This document shows, piece after piece, positions 1 through 11,706 of a DNA stretch of 28,980 nt (its first letter is position 1; every line of letters begins with the position of its first letter). The translations under genes and the position numbers were made by a program. Location: assembly GCA_051294375.1 (NCBI GenBank), contig CM119268.1, positions 12,096,197-12,125,176 of the forward strand. The letters run 5' to 3'. Source of the stretch: Paraspadella gotoi (taxonomy: Eukaryota; Animalia; Chaetognatha). The notes below the pieces were generated by a model, which made no database searches, was not told the DNA's origin, and worked only from the letters and a program-made list of their open reading frames with translations.

Positions 1-107
1 GCATGGCGGCATGGAGGCATGGAGGCTGGCTGACCCGTGAATGAGAAAAAAAGGGCCCCGAGGCTGACTTTCTCTCGTTTGCATGACGTATTGTAACATG
101 GATTCCG

Positions 108-152
108 TCTCTCTTTTCTCTCTCTCTATCTCTCTCTCTCTCTTTCTCCCTC

Positions 153-185
<33 letters not shown>
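108..185. repeat. Imperfect (CT)n microsatellite
   Basis: CT dinucleotide run with interruptions; source of the SLSL ORF. Confidence 0.9.
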
Positions 186-344
186 TTTTCTTTCAACGCA
201 GATTTTTGACTCCGACTAAAAAGAGAGATTTTTTTAAAAAAAGAAGACAAAAGGAGAAAAGTTTCGTCCGAATAAATTGTCTCTCACTGATCTGTGACAA
301 AAACTCGAAATTTTTCAACTGCTGACTGTGCAAATAGCGCGAAG

Positions 345-481
<137 letters not shown>

Positions 482-1017
482 CTATGGTGCTGGTCGTCAT
501 CGTCATCATAGTTTTCAGGTTTTTTTACAAACCCTCACCCTTTCATCTGTTTATTATCTTTTTAAACTTTTAAAAAACTAAATTTTTTCAACTTAACGAA
601 CAATCAACAACGCAAAAAAAAGAAAACGAATTCTAAATCGAGGCACGTGGAAATCGTCGATGCAATTCCGGATCAAAAAAAAAAAAAGGAATTTGAGATT
701 TAAGTCCCTCATTTTTTTCCGTTTCCTGTCATCGGTATTCCCTCATTCACCACGCCCCTCGTTTCAATCCATGACGCACCTAAACCCCCCCCCGCCTCAC
801 AACCCGCGATATACACGTGCGAAATCAGGTTCGTTAGGCATTCATATGAGGTTCATTCAGAGAGACGAATCTTTCCACTATTTTTTTTTTATTTCGCTAA
901 AGGAAAAAAAAAGGAATAAATATGAGGCGGAGCGGAGGGGAATAAATAAATGAATTTACTGCGAAAAAAAGTAACGAATTTGAAATTATCGATTTGATTT
1001 ATATTTCTTTTTTTTTT

Positions 1018-1200
1018 NNNNNNNNNNNNNNNNNNNNNNNNNNNNNNNNNNNNNNNNNNNNNNNNNNNNNNNNNNNNNNNNNNNNNNNNNNNNNNNNNNN
1101 NNNNNNNNNNNNNNNNNNNNNNNNNNNNNNNNNNNNNNNNNNNNNNNNNNNNNNNNNNNNNNNNNNNNNNNNNNNNNNNNNNNNNNNNNNNNNNNNNNNN
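1018..1200. other. Assembly gap
   Basis: N run. Other sized gaps: 3121-3370, 6920-7890, 8185-8516, 17519-17817, 18810-19091, 23130-23456, 27034-27268, 28017-28244, 28719-28892. Most abut microsatellites or homopolymers. Confidence 0.99.
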
Positions 1201-1679
1201 TTAATTGTTTATAGTTTAATGCTACGATGCGCTCAACTTTAGAAGTGCTTGTGATTGTGCAACGTCTTTTGATTTGTTCACCCGGCCCGTCCGCAATAAT
1301 TTGTGATTTGTGCCCAAAGAAAACCCGACATCGATCCGAGAGGCTCTGCTGAGTGAAGCAGTTTACAAATCGCATCTTCACCAAAGACGATATCCATCTT
1401 CCAGTTCCAACTGTATTTAAATACTCTTTCCACTTACAACCTTTTGTTTATATTAACATATATGATAAATTAAACCCAAGACCTATCAAAAATGGCCATG
1501 TCAAATTGCAGTTTTGATAAAGTGCAAAACCCCTGCAACAGCCAAGCTTGATGAGCATTCTTAAGCGCTCCCTTCATTAATATCTTCCCTCGAAGATTCT
1601 TAAAAACGTGCAAATAACATATTTTAAATATTTCACGTCCTTTTCAAACATTTCCTCTCTTGCCACATTCTCGTCTTAC

Positions 1680-1845
1680 CACCACACCTTTCCCCACAAG
1701 CGACACACCATCTCCACCAGATGCCATTTTTCACAACCCTTTTTCAGAGTCCCTTTCTCACTCCCCTCCTCCTTTGCTCGTCTCGTCGGAGTTCCGGCGA
1801 GGCCTTCATGTATTGTTGTCATTTTCTCCAAGCATGTCCCAGTTT
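1680..1845 (-). other. Candidate exon, product unknown
   Basis: Minus strand: AACTTTTCAG acceptor before 1845 and TG|GTAAGA donor after 1680. One frame is open (ETGTCLEKMTTIHEGLAGTPTRRAKEEG...LWGKVW). No recognisable domain. Confidence 0.2.
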
Positions 1846-1926
1846 CTGAAAAGTTAATTATGGCGTAGAACCGCAAGAAAAGCCGCTACCGACGCCGACT
1901 AGGAGGACGACAACCGCGCGGCCGCT

Positions 1927-1950
1927 GACGACGACGACGACGACGACGAC
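1927..1950. repeat. (GAC)8 microsatellite
   Basis: Directly visible; similar arrays at 5122-5147 (TCG)n and 22963-23009. Confidence 0.95.
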
Positions 1951-2423
1951 GTCTTTAAAAACCCGGGAAATTGCAAAACTGCGAAAACTATGGAGAGGCG
2001 GCAATGGACTTTGAATGGGGTTTGGGGCAGAGTGAAAAGATGGTTGGGGGGTTTAGTCACGATAAATAAGAGAATTGTGAACTGGTAAAGGTTCGAGGTA
2101 AGCCTCAGCAACGATCTCGGTGAAGGATGCTGTTAAAGCGAAGCAGATAGAAAATAGACTTGTTTCGTGAAAAAAACTTCTTTAAAAAAAAGCCAAAGCG
2201 GATGTAGTAAAATTCTTTGTAAAACGATTAGTTTGAGATTTTTCGATTTTCTTCTCCGCCATTTTGAGGAAAGAGAACAAAAGTCAAATTCTTCGGCTTA
2301 AAACCGATTAAAATGCGTTTATCAAAGAAAGACCAACGCTTCTTCGGGTCAAAGGGCTTTTATTAAAAATCAACACGTTCTTCTCTATTTCTTAACTCTT
2401 TTCTTATTGCTGCGGCGCTCACG

Positions 2424-2534
<111 letters not shown>

Positions 2535-2805
2535 GGGCGGTTGCTATCCTTGAACGAAAAGAAAGACGGGGGACTCAATAAAAATCAGGATTGAAAATCG
2601 ACTTTGAAATTAGAAACAAATTCGAGAAAATTGATGTCGAAGTTCATTGTTTAAAGTCGTCATCGCAGCCTTGATGGTTGTCGTCGTCGTTTTCGTCGTC
2701 GTTGTTTTTTTTTCATTTTTATTTATATCTTTAGTTTCTAATATAAAAAAAAATCGGTTTCTAAACTTTGTTTATGTTTTCTCGCATAAAAAATCACAAT
2801 CATTC

Positions 2806-2865
2806 ACTTACCTTTTAGAGAGAACGCGAAAGCAACATGGAAAAAAAATGTAAGAAATCAATTAG
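2806..2865 (-). promoter_or_regulatory. Consensus 5' splice site preceded by an acceptor-like tract (AG|GTAAGT)
   Basis: Minus strand reads ctaattgatttcttacattttttttccatgttgctttcgcgttctctctaaaAG|GTAAGT. Confidence 0.35.
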
Positions 2866-3658
2866 GTTTGAATGGCATAAATAACTTTATTAACTATGAA
2901 AAATTATAAAATAAAAACCTTTTTTAAAACTACTTTTACTTAACTTTAACTTGAAAAAATATTTTGCTTGAAAAATTTTACATAAGCAGCTCAGACTAAG
3001 AATCCCGAAACCAAAAAAAAAAAATCGTTAAAAATGAACAAGAAAAGAGAGAGAGTCATAGAAAGAAACAAAGCGCTGGAGAGTGGAGACTGAAGAGACA
3101 GTGAGATAGAGAGAGAGAGANNNNNNNNNNNNNNNNNNNNNNNNNNNNNNNNNNNNNNNNNNNNNNNNNNNNNNNNNNNNNNNNNNNNNNNNNNNNNNNN
3201 NNNNNNNNNNNNNNNNNNNNNNNNNNNNNNNNNNNNNNNNNNNNNNNNNNNNNNNNNNNNNNNNNNNNNNNNNNNNNNNNNNNNNNNNNNNNNNNNNNNN
3301 NNNNNNNNNNNNNNNNNNNNNNNNNNNNNNNNNNNNNNNNNNNNNNNNNNNNNNNNNNNNNNNNNNNNNNAAGAAAACTGAAGGATTCAAAAAGCTCACG
3401 TTCAAAAGGAAAGAGTCAATGCGGGAGGAAATGGAATTTTAGGAGGAGGGGGAAGAGGAGCATGAGGCAGAGGAGCAGGAGGAGGAGGAGGAGGAGCGGG
3501 AGGAAAAGAAGGATGAGGAGGAGGAGAAGCAAATGGGGAGGTCCGGCTATCTTGAGCTTTTGAGAAAAAAAAATACGGAGCAGAGATGTAAATATGGAGA
3601 GGACTGGGGACGGCGTTCTATGGTGTAGGGTTTAGTGGTAGCTAAGAGAAGAAAAAAG

Positions 3659-3660
3659 GA

Positions 3661-3756
<96 letters not shown>

Positions 3757-3768
3757 ATGAAAGAAAGA
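3659..3768. repeat. (AAAG)n tetranucleotide microsatellite
   Basis: ~25 near-perfect units. Confidence 0.97.
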
Positions 3769-4443
3769 CAGACGGGACAGATTCAAGAGGGAAAGCAAAG
3801 AATGTCTCCATAAAAAGACGCGACTTTTTTTTCTAAAAAAAAAAATGTGGGTGGAGTAATGGACGCCAGTCGGTTTACAAAACGCATTAGTGAATCTGCT
3901 TCAATTTCGCCGCCCACACTGACGCTAAAAAAGGAAAAAGAAAAAAGAAAATACTTTTCTTTTCTTTTCTTTCGTTCGTATCTCTCTTTCCTCTTTTTTT
4001 CTTTTTTCGTTTTTTTCTTTTGATTCTCCCTCGATACGTACATCAACGCAAATGTCAGTCAATTAAGTTTCTGGTGACTATTATATGTATCGTCAAATTT
4101 AATATTAATTTAACTTCACAATTTTTTTGTCACGTATCATCATCAGTTCAGTCGAGCGTTGGATTTTCATTTCATTTTCGTTTCCTAGCAACGGCTGGAC
4201 GCGTTCTCACGTCCGTCATTTCGCCTCTCTTGACTCTCTACTTTCTTCTCCCTCTCTCACCCTCTTTCACCGCCTCCCTCCCCTGCGCCCGATCTCCCTC
4301 TCTTCCCCCTTCGAATCGGCGGTCACGCGATTTATGCCCGGTCGCCTTCACGTGCGCCTCACGCGCTTCCTCACAACTTTCCAATAAAGTTTGACGACCT
4401 TCTTCGGGGTGAGGTCGCCGAAGACCCCGCTCACAGCCTCACC

Positions 4444-4483
<40 letters not shown>

Positions 4484-5340
4484 GCCACGTTTCTCTCTTC
4501 TGCCTCCATCCTTTCTTCCTCACACTCTCTCTTCTTTTCTCAAATGTCCAACGAAGGATTCGAATTTAAAAGACACGCGCCTTAAATTTTTAAGAAAAGG
4601 CAACAAAAAAAGTCAAATTTTAAGCTCAAACGAGATAAATCTGACAAATGATTTTTCTTGGCCTTGGAAAATATTTTCACCTTCTTTTTGTAATCAAATA
4701 AGTAGTTGATAATCCAACTTAATTATAATATTAATGAGGTCTGAACTTTTAAAAATTTTAACTAAATTTATCTTTTAAAAAATTTTCTTTATACAATATA
4801 TACACATTTGTATTCATTTTGGCCAAATATTTTAATACATGCAACCAAAATTACCCTCTTGCATAAAAGACACAATTTCGTTTTTTCAATAAGCTTTTAT
4901 GAAAAACATAATTATATAAATTAGCGTAGGAAAAATCCAACGAAAAAAGGATCTCGCTGCATGAATGATTGATGCGTCCAGCGAACCTTGCCAAGAGAAG
5001 GCTGGACCATGCCAACGGCCGTCTCCGGTGAGTCAGTTTAACGATGCCAGTGAGAGATGCCAGAGAAGTTGAGAGAAGACAAAACTTGACTAAATCACGT
5101 CGGGAGAAAAGTTTTTCGCCATCGTCGTCGTCGTCGTCGTCGTCGTCAACGTGCGTCAAAAGTGATTAATCATTCCGAGTTTTTGTTTCTTTTTTAAAAA
5201 GAAATTCGCCAAGTTTTTTCCCTTCGGACTCACGTTTTTCTTTCGCCAAAACAAAAGTCGTTTCCCGCTTTACTTGAGTTCCAACGGGCGGCGAAAATTC
5301 TTACGTTGACACTTTTCTCTACTTCTCTCTCTTTACGACG

Positions 5341-5451
5341 ATGAGCAAGATCACGGTTAATTTCGTTTTCACCCTACTTTTGGTCATTTTTACTATACTC
5401 GTTGCCATATTAATTCTTTATCCTTCAGCTATAGTTATCATATGGTATTAG
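5341..5451 (+). CDS. Possible small hydrophobic ORF or signal-anchor exon (36 aa)
   Basis: ATG...TAG encoding MSKITVNFVFTLLLVIFTILVAILILYPSAIVIIWY. T-rich DNA produces such peptides by chance. Confidence 0.12.
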   Translation: MSKITVNFVFTLLLVIFTILVAILILYPSAIVIIWY

Positions 5452-7890
5452 CAAATCTAAGGTACCGTATCTAAAGTGCTATCTATTGTCAATATGCATA
5501 GCTAATTTAGCTGTTTATTATGAAAGAAGTACGCTTAATTAATTGTTATTTTTGAAAGTAACAAAATTTTCTAATTCAGAATTTTAGATTCAAAGCATTC
5601 AATTTTGGAACAATCTGATGTCTTTTATTTTTTGATATCTTTATTTTATTTTCAAAACTAAAATTCTGAATGAACATTGGTCTAGTCAAAATTTTATTTC
5701 AAAATTTTTAAAGAATCTTTGCTCAAATTGCGATGATTGTATATTTTTATGGTAAAATTGAAGAATATCAGTCAAACTTATAATATTATTATACTTGAAA
5801 ACTTTAGCTAAAAACTTTTAAAAATAAAAAAATTAAAATAAATTTATTATATTTTATTCTTATATTATATTTAATATTATTATTATTATTTGTAGATTAT
5901 CTAATTCTATGAACAAAAAAAAAGGAATAACATACTAAGTTAATGATCAATTATTAGATGATAAAAATACAATAAACAAAGTTAATAAAAATTTACCATT
6001 ATTTAATCCAAATTTTAATTTTTAGTTTTACACTACATTTTACTGTATCTTTCCAGCCAAATATTTTTTGCATGTATATGTACAACACAACTGTTAGGAA
6101 GGGAAGGCTTGTGAGTAGAAAGAGTCAGACCAAGTAAATTCAATGACCGATAATTTTTTTTGCTTGTAAATGAATTTTTTTTACAATTTTTCTTATCGTC
6201 TTACGTCCATCCCTCCCATTCTCAGAATCAATCTTCCAATTTTCTTCTCTCCTTCTTTTTTATTCTTTCATTTCACTCGAGTGTCTTTTGTTTTTCCGTC
6301 ACTCGATTCGAATTCCACGCTTCGAGAATGTGAGCGATGATTCCCTCTTTGCCTCTTCCATCTTCACAACTTTCACCGTCGAATCTTCACCGAGGAACTT
6401 TCTTCTCTCACTCTTCATCCCTCCATGCCCTTACCCGTTCACCCACCCGACTCTCACGTTCGGAGTAATTAATCAAAGAAATTAGTTAAGTCGTTTGGTT
6501 CAAGCGACGAGAAGGAAGAAATTGGCAGAAGACGGAGGGGAAAAAAAAAAGAGGCTCGGGCCATTTCTTTTCCTTTTTTTTTTCTCTCTCTCTCTCTTCC
6601 TCCTTTTCCTTTTTTTCCCAGGCGGTCGCCATTTTGAAAAGAGCCATTTCTTCACGCAGTTGGAATTTTATCAAACGAAAAAAATGGTCTTATTTGTTGG
6701 CCGAGAGATTTTTTCTCCAGATTTTTTTATTGATAAAAGTTGGATAAAAACGGAAGTGGAAGTTTTTTTTAAAAAAAAGTCTCTTAATATCAAAGTTAAT
6801 AAAAGAAAAGATTTATAAATCACTATTGATAAAGAACATTTCTTGAATCACTATGGACCCAGTCTTCCATTTTTTTATCTCTTAATTCCTTTTTTTTTAA
6901 ATTTATCTTCCTGATTTTGNNNNNNNNNNNNNNNNNNNNNNNNNNNNNNNNNNNNNNNNNNNNNNNNNNNNNNNNNNNNNNNNNNNNNNNNNNNNNNNNN
7001 NNNNNNNNNNNNNNNNNNNNNNNNNNNNNNNNNNNNNNNNNNNNNNNNNNNNNNNNNNNNNNNNNNNNNNNNNNNNNNNNNNNNNNNNNNNNNNNNNNNN
7101 NNNNNNNNNNNNNNNNNNNNNNNNNNNNNNNNNNNNNNNNNNNNNNNNNNNNNNNNNNNNNNNNNNNNNNNNNNNNNNNNNNNNNNNNNNNNNNNNNNNN
7201 NNNNNNNNNNNNNNNNNNNNNNNNNNNNNNNNNNNNNNNNNNNNNNNNNNNNNNNNNNNNNNNNNNNNNNNNNNNNNNNNNNNNNNNNNNNNNNNNNNNN
7301 NNNNNNNNNNNNNNNNNNNNNNNNNNNNNNNNNNNNNNNNNNNNNNNNNNNNNNNNNNNNNNNNNNNNNNNNNNNNNNNNNNNNNNNNNNNNNNNNNNNN
7401 NNNNNNNNNNNNNNNNNNNNNNNNNNNNNNNNNNNNNNNNNNNNNNNNNNNNNNNNNNNNNNNNNNNNNNNNNNNNNNNNNNNNNNNNNNNNNNNNNNNN
7501 NNNNNNNNNNNNNNNNNNNNNNNNNNNNNNNNNNNNNNNNNNNNNNNNNNNNNNNNNNNNNNNNNNNNNNNNNNNNNNNNNNNNNNNNNNNNNNNNNNNN
7601 NNNNNNNNNNNNNNNNNNNNNNNNNNNNNNNNNNNNNNNNNNNNNNNNNNNNNNNNNNNNNNNNNNNNNNNNNNNNNNNNNNNNNNNNNNNNNNNNNNNN
7701 NNNNNNNNNNNNNNNNNNNNNNNNNNNNNNNNNNNNNNNNNNNNNNNNNNNNNNNNNNNNNNNNNNNNNNNNNNNNNNNNNNNNNNNNNNNNNNNNNNNN
7801 NNNNNNNNNNNNNNNNNNNNNNNNNNNNNNNNNNNNNNNNNNNNNNNNNNNNNNNNNNNNNNNNNNNNNNNNNNNNNNNNNNNNNNNNNN

Positions 7891-7925
<35 letters not shown>
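7891..7925. repeat. (AAT)n microsatellite at gap edge
   Basis: Directly visible. Confidence 0.95.
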
Positions 7926-7926
<1 letters not shown>

Positions 7927-8830
7927 CGTAGATAATTTGGACGACGTCGTCACAATACGAACAAAAGTTCATAATCTGTATTTTTTGGGGGGAATTTTTA
8001 CTAAATCCTACTTATTTCTCTAAAAAAGTTTCGGTATAATATTTAGCTCAACTTATTGGATCGAATTATTGTTTCCATTTTCAATTCTAATCTCATTTCC
8101 TATTATAGTCATTTTCCTCAATGGAATCCTCTGACTGATGTTCACTTTCATCCCTTCTAACTTCTTCCCCCCGTTTTCTTCCTCNNNNNNNNNNNNNNNN
8201 NNNNNNNNNNNNNNNNNNNNNNNNNNNNNNNNNNNNNNNNNNNNNNNNNNNNNNNNNNNNNNNNNNNNNNNNNNNNNNNNNNNNNNNNNNNNNNNNNNNN
8301 NNNNNNNNNNNNNNNNNNNNNNNNNNNNNNNNNNNNNNNNNNNNNNNNNNNNNNNNNNNNNNNNNNNNNNNNNNNNNNNNNNNNNNNNNNNNNNNNNNNN
8401 NNNNNNNNNNNNNNNNNNNNNNNNNNNNNNNNNNNNNNNNNNNNNNNNNNNNNNNNNNNNNNNNNNNNNNNNNNNNNNNNNNNNNNNNNNNNNNNNNNNN
8501 NNNNNNNNNNNNNNNNAGAGAGAGAGAGAGAGAGAGAGAGAGACTCAGAGCAAGGTAAGCTCAGACCAAAAAAAAAGCCCCAAAAGGTCAGGGAATAGGA
8601 GTGCAACGTTGTCCAATGGTGGGAGGAAGAGGAAGAGTTTCCCGACGACAATAGAAAAAATAAAGAAAAGAAAAAAAGAAAAAAAAAAGAACGGAGGTGG
8701 AGAAATTTTGGGAAGGAATGGTCATCCAGGTTGAAGGGAATTTCAATTCCAGGAGGAAATGAAGAGAAAAAAGGTTGATGGTTTTTCCCATCATCCGAAA
8801 CCCGAGACAAAAGGGAAACCTCGCGGTCGG

Positions 8831-8925
8831 AAAGGGCAAAATGGAAAGTCGAAAAGGGAAAAAAGGGCAAAATAGAAAATCGAAAAGGGAAAAATGGACA
8901 AAATCGAAAGTCGAAAAGGGAAAAA
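8831..8925 (+). repeat. 31-bp minisatellite, 3 copies
   Basis: Units aaagggcaaaatggaaagtcgaaaagggaaa / aaagggcaaaatagaaaatcgaaaagggaaa / aatggacaaaatcgaaagtcgaaaagggaaa; tcgaaaaggg recurs at 8849, 8880, 8911. Confidence 0.9.
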
Positions 8926-9085
8926 GAGTCTCGCCCCAAAAGAGAGATGAGGTAAAAACGTATCAAACTTGTTAAAAATAGTAAAAACTTCCTCTTCTAG
9001 TGAACAACGACGATAAAATTCGAGGAAACTAAGTTTCGGACTTGAGGTCCAAGTCGCAAAATTTGAGGTGCGGTTAGAAGAAGGA

Positions 9086-9416
9086 GCCATGAGCCAGAAA
9101 GCCTCGGGTTCAAGTCGCAAGGGTTGACGTGGATTCCGAAGGTGGAAATAGAAGGATCGTTGTTGTTATCCACGCTGGCGACTCCCACGGGCCAAAGCGT
9201 TACCATTTATTCAGATCACTGGCCGGAGTAAAAAAAAAAAANNNNNNNNNNNNNNNNNNNNNNNNNGGGGCCATGAGCAGAAAGCCTTGGGTTCAAGTCG
9301 CAAGGGTTGACGTGGATTCTGAAGGTGGAAATAGAAGGATCGGTTGTTATCCACGCTGGCGACTCCCACGGGCCAAAGCGTTACCATTTTTCAGATCACT
9401 GGCCGGAGTAAAAAAA
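9086..9416 (+). repeat. ~155-bp direct duplication across a 25-N gap (9086-9241 vs 9270-9416)
   Basis: gccatgag...cactggccggagtaaaaaaa occurs on both sides of the 9242-9266 gap, with two C/T substitutions and a few small indels. Confidence 0.93.
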
Positions 9417-9860
9417 GAAAAAAAAAGAAAGAAAAGAAAAGAGTTTTGAACCCTGAATTAACCTTCCAAACCGAAAAAAGTTGGACTCTGAAAGTAAAAC
9501 GATCTTTTTTGCCGACGACTGAAGGGAAAAAAAGGGGGGGGCGGGCGGACAGCGGTCAGGGAAAAAAAAATTGTTGACGATTTAGAGTTGGACGGGGAAA
9601 GACAAGAAAGAAAAAAGGGTTTCTTGTTTTAATTAAATAAAACGGTTTAAAAAACCTGAAGAAATAAGCTTTTTCGTTTTTTTATTACTAAAGTAAAAAC
9701 GACGACGACGACGACGAAACGAGCGACGGTAATGACCATTGTCCCCCCGAGCGTGGCTCTTCGGATTCCATCCCTTTTTTTTCACTCTTCCGTCAAAATC
9801 CGACTGAAAAACGGAAAAAGGGGAAAAAAGGACATTTTGGTGTCAACCTGGGGAACGAGG

Positions 9861-9885
9861 NNNNNNNNNNNNNNNNNNNNNNNNN
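9861..9885. other. 25-N placeholder gap
   Basis: Exactly 25 N, like 9242-9266; immediately upstream of the large duplication. Confidence 0.95.
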
Positions 9886-9909
9886 AAGGGAGAAAGGGGG
9901 AGGGAGAGT

Positions 9910-9976
<67 letters not shown>

Positions 9977-10464
9977 AAGAGAGAGAGAGAAGAGAGAGAG
10001 AAATGGGATAAAGGGATACAAGAAGGAGCAAAGGAAAAATGGAAATAAACAGAAAAAGATCATTTTGTGGGCAACAAGGAGAAAAAAAAAAGGAAAAGAA
10101 AAACATGCGATTCAAATGAGAAGGAAAAGGAAAAGTCAAAGAAAAAAAAGGATCTACGGAATGGAAAAAAAAAAAGGAAAAGAAAACTAAAGGGGAAAGA
10201 GGAGGAGGAGGAAGAGCAGGAGAGAGGAGGATGGCACGACTCGCGGTTGTAACAGGAGAGAACCATGGGCCTCGGGTTCCCCATAAATTAGTTCATGATG
10301 ACACAAACGGAAAAGTGGCCTGGGACCCTAGAAGGGCTGCGAAGCCAGAAAAAAAAACAGGGTGCGGATGAAACGGGGGTGGTCATGGAGTAGGTGGAGC
10401 GGGAGTTGAAGGAGGTGAATTTGGGTGATCATGGAAAAAGGTGAATGCTCTCGCTGTGACGTTC

Positions 10465-10506
<42 letters not shown>

Positions 10507-11619
10507 GAGAGAGATAGAGAGAGCGTGTTGGGTCAAGCGGCCATTCGAGGCGTAACTTAATTCTTTTTTTTTTCATCGCAAGCTGTTTTTTTTTTGGAGT
10601 AAGTTTTATCTCATGGAAAGGATAACTGTGTCACAACTGTCACATCTTCAAGAGAGAGCAGAGAGAGAGAGCAGAGAGAGAGATGAGAGAGCAGAGAGAG
10701 AGAGGAGAGAGAGAGAGAGAGACGAGAGAGAAAAAAAAAAAGAGAGAGGCAGAGAGAGAGGAAGGAGAGAGAGAGAGGAGAGAGAGAGAGACGAGAGAGA
10801 GAGAGAGAGAGAGAGGAGAAGAGATAAAAAGTGAGGAGTGAGGAGAAAGAGAAAAAGAAAAATTGAAAAAGAAAAAGGAAAAAGAAAAAGAAAAGAAAAA
10901 AGAAAAAGAAAAAGAAAAGAGAAGAGAAAGAGAAAAGAAAGAGAAAAGAGAAAGCCCAGACAATTGCGACCCAAAAAAATGGTGATGGTTATTCTTCGGA
11001 ACGTTTACACCTCTTCGTTGGTCAAGTTCGCCAGCGGACAAAGAGGAACGAGAGAGAGAGAAAGGGACAGCGGGGGCATGGCAGTCGTCTCTGGCGCAAA
11101 CACGCGTTTTTGGACTGAAAATGCGCGCCGGCGAGTGAACCGGCGTCGAAGTCGATCCCTTCGAGCCGACGCCGGTTCCAATGGGGGTTCGAAACGCGTT
11201 ATTGGCGTTCGCGGCGACGAGAAGAGCGACGACGACGCTAAAGGAATTTTGTTTGAGCGAGTCTCTTCGCTTATAAAACGAAAACTGATTTATAAAAGAA
11301 AAAAAGTGTTCTAATAGGTTATTACTAAGTAAACAAACTGAAGTTTAATTTTAAACTAACGAAATTTTGGACATAATTACGAACGGATTGAATCCTTGGG
11401 TCAATCCACAATATTGACAAGTCCAAAAAAAACCGTCGAATTGGTTACCTCGAGCGGCGACGACGCAATTTGGCTAAATGCAGCGCCACCGCCACCTGCG
11501 ATTCTTCGACGAAACCAAGTTGATGGGACGCCGTTCGCCACCGACGGGTAAGTCGCCGACGTCCGGCGTCCAATACTTACCTAACCTCAACTGTACGCGG
11601 CCGCGCTTGAAATTCCTAG

Positions 11620-11706
11620 AGATGTTCTTTCTCGGAATTAAGTGTCGTCGCGATCTCGAGATAAAGGAAAGAGAGAGCGCTGGACTCTCGCCTTGCATTT
11701 CGTTAG
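11620..11706 (+). other. Candidate 87-nt exon (also 15814-15900)
   Basis: Preceded by a 72-nt intron-like segment 11548-11619 (GTAAGT ... TACCTAAC ... TTCCTAG); followed by TAG|GTAAGT. Confidence 0.3.

Noticed and set aside
1550-1590. Minus-strand LRGKILMKG resembling the PI-PLC X-box end
   Set aside because: Nine residues only, with no surrounding PLC motifs.
4143-4154. TCAGTTCAGTCG double initiator-like 12-mer, repeated at 26979-26990
   Set aside because: No TATA or DPE at the expected positions; a 12-mer recurrence in 29 kb is plausible by chance.
9107-9120. GGTTCAAGTC B-box-like motif suggesting a tRNA or SINE (also GGTTCGA at ~2090, ~11186, ~18170, ~18362)
   Set aside because: No A-box at proper spacing and no cloverleaf.
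8997-9206. Minus ORF TFGIHVNPCDLNPRLSGSWLLLLT resembling IRS/Dok-type PTB strands
   Set aside because: Vague pattern, no good donor or following exon, and the frame differs in the second copy.
11573-11582. ATACTTACCT as a U1 snRNA gene
   Set aside because: Only the first 10 nt match; no U1 stem-loops or Sm site follow.
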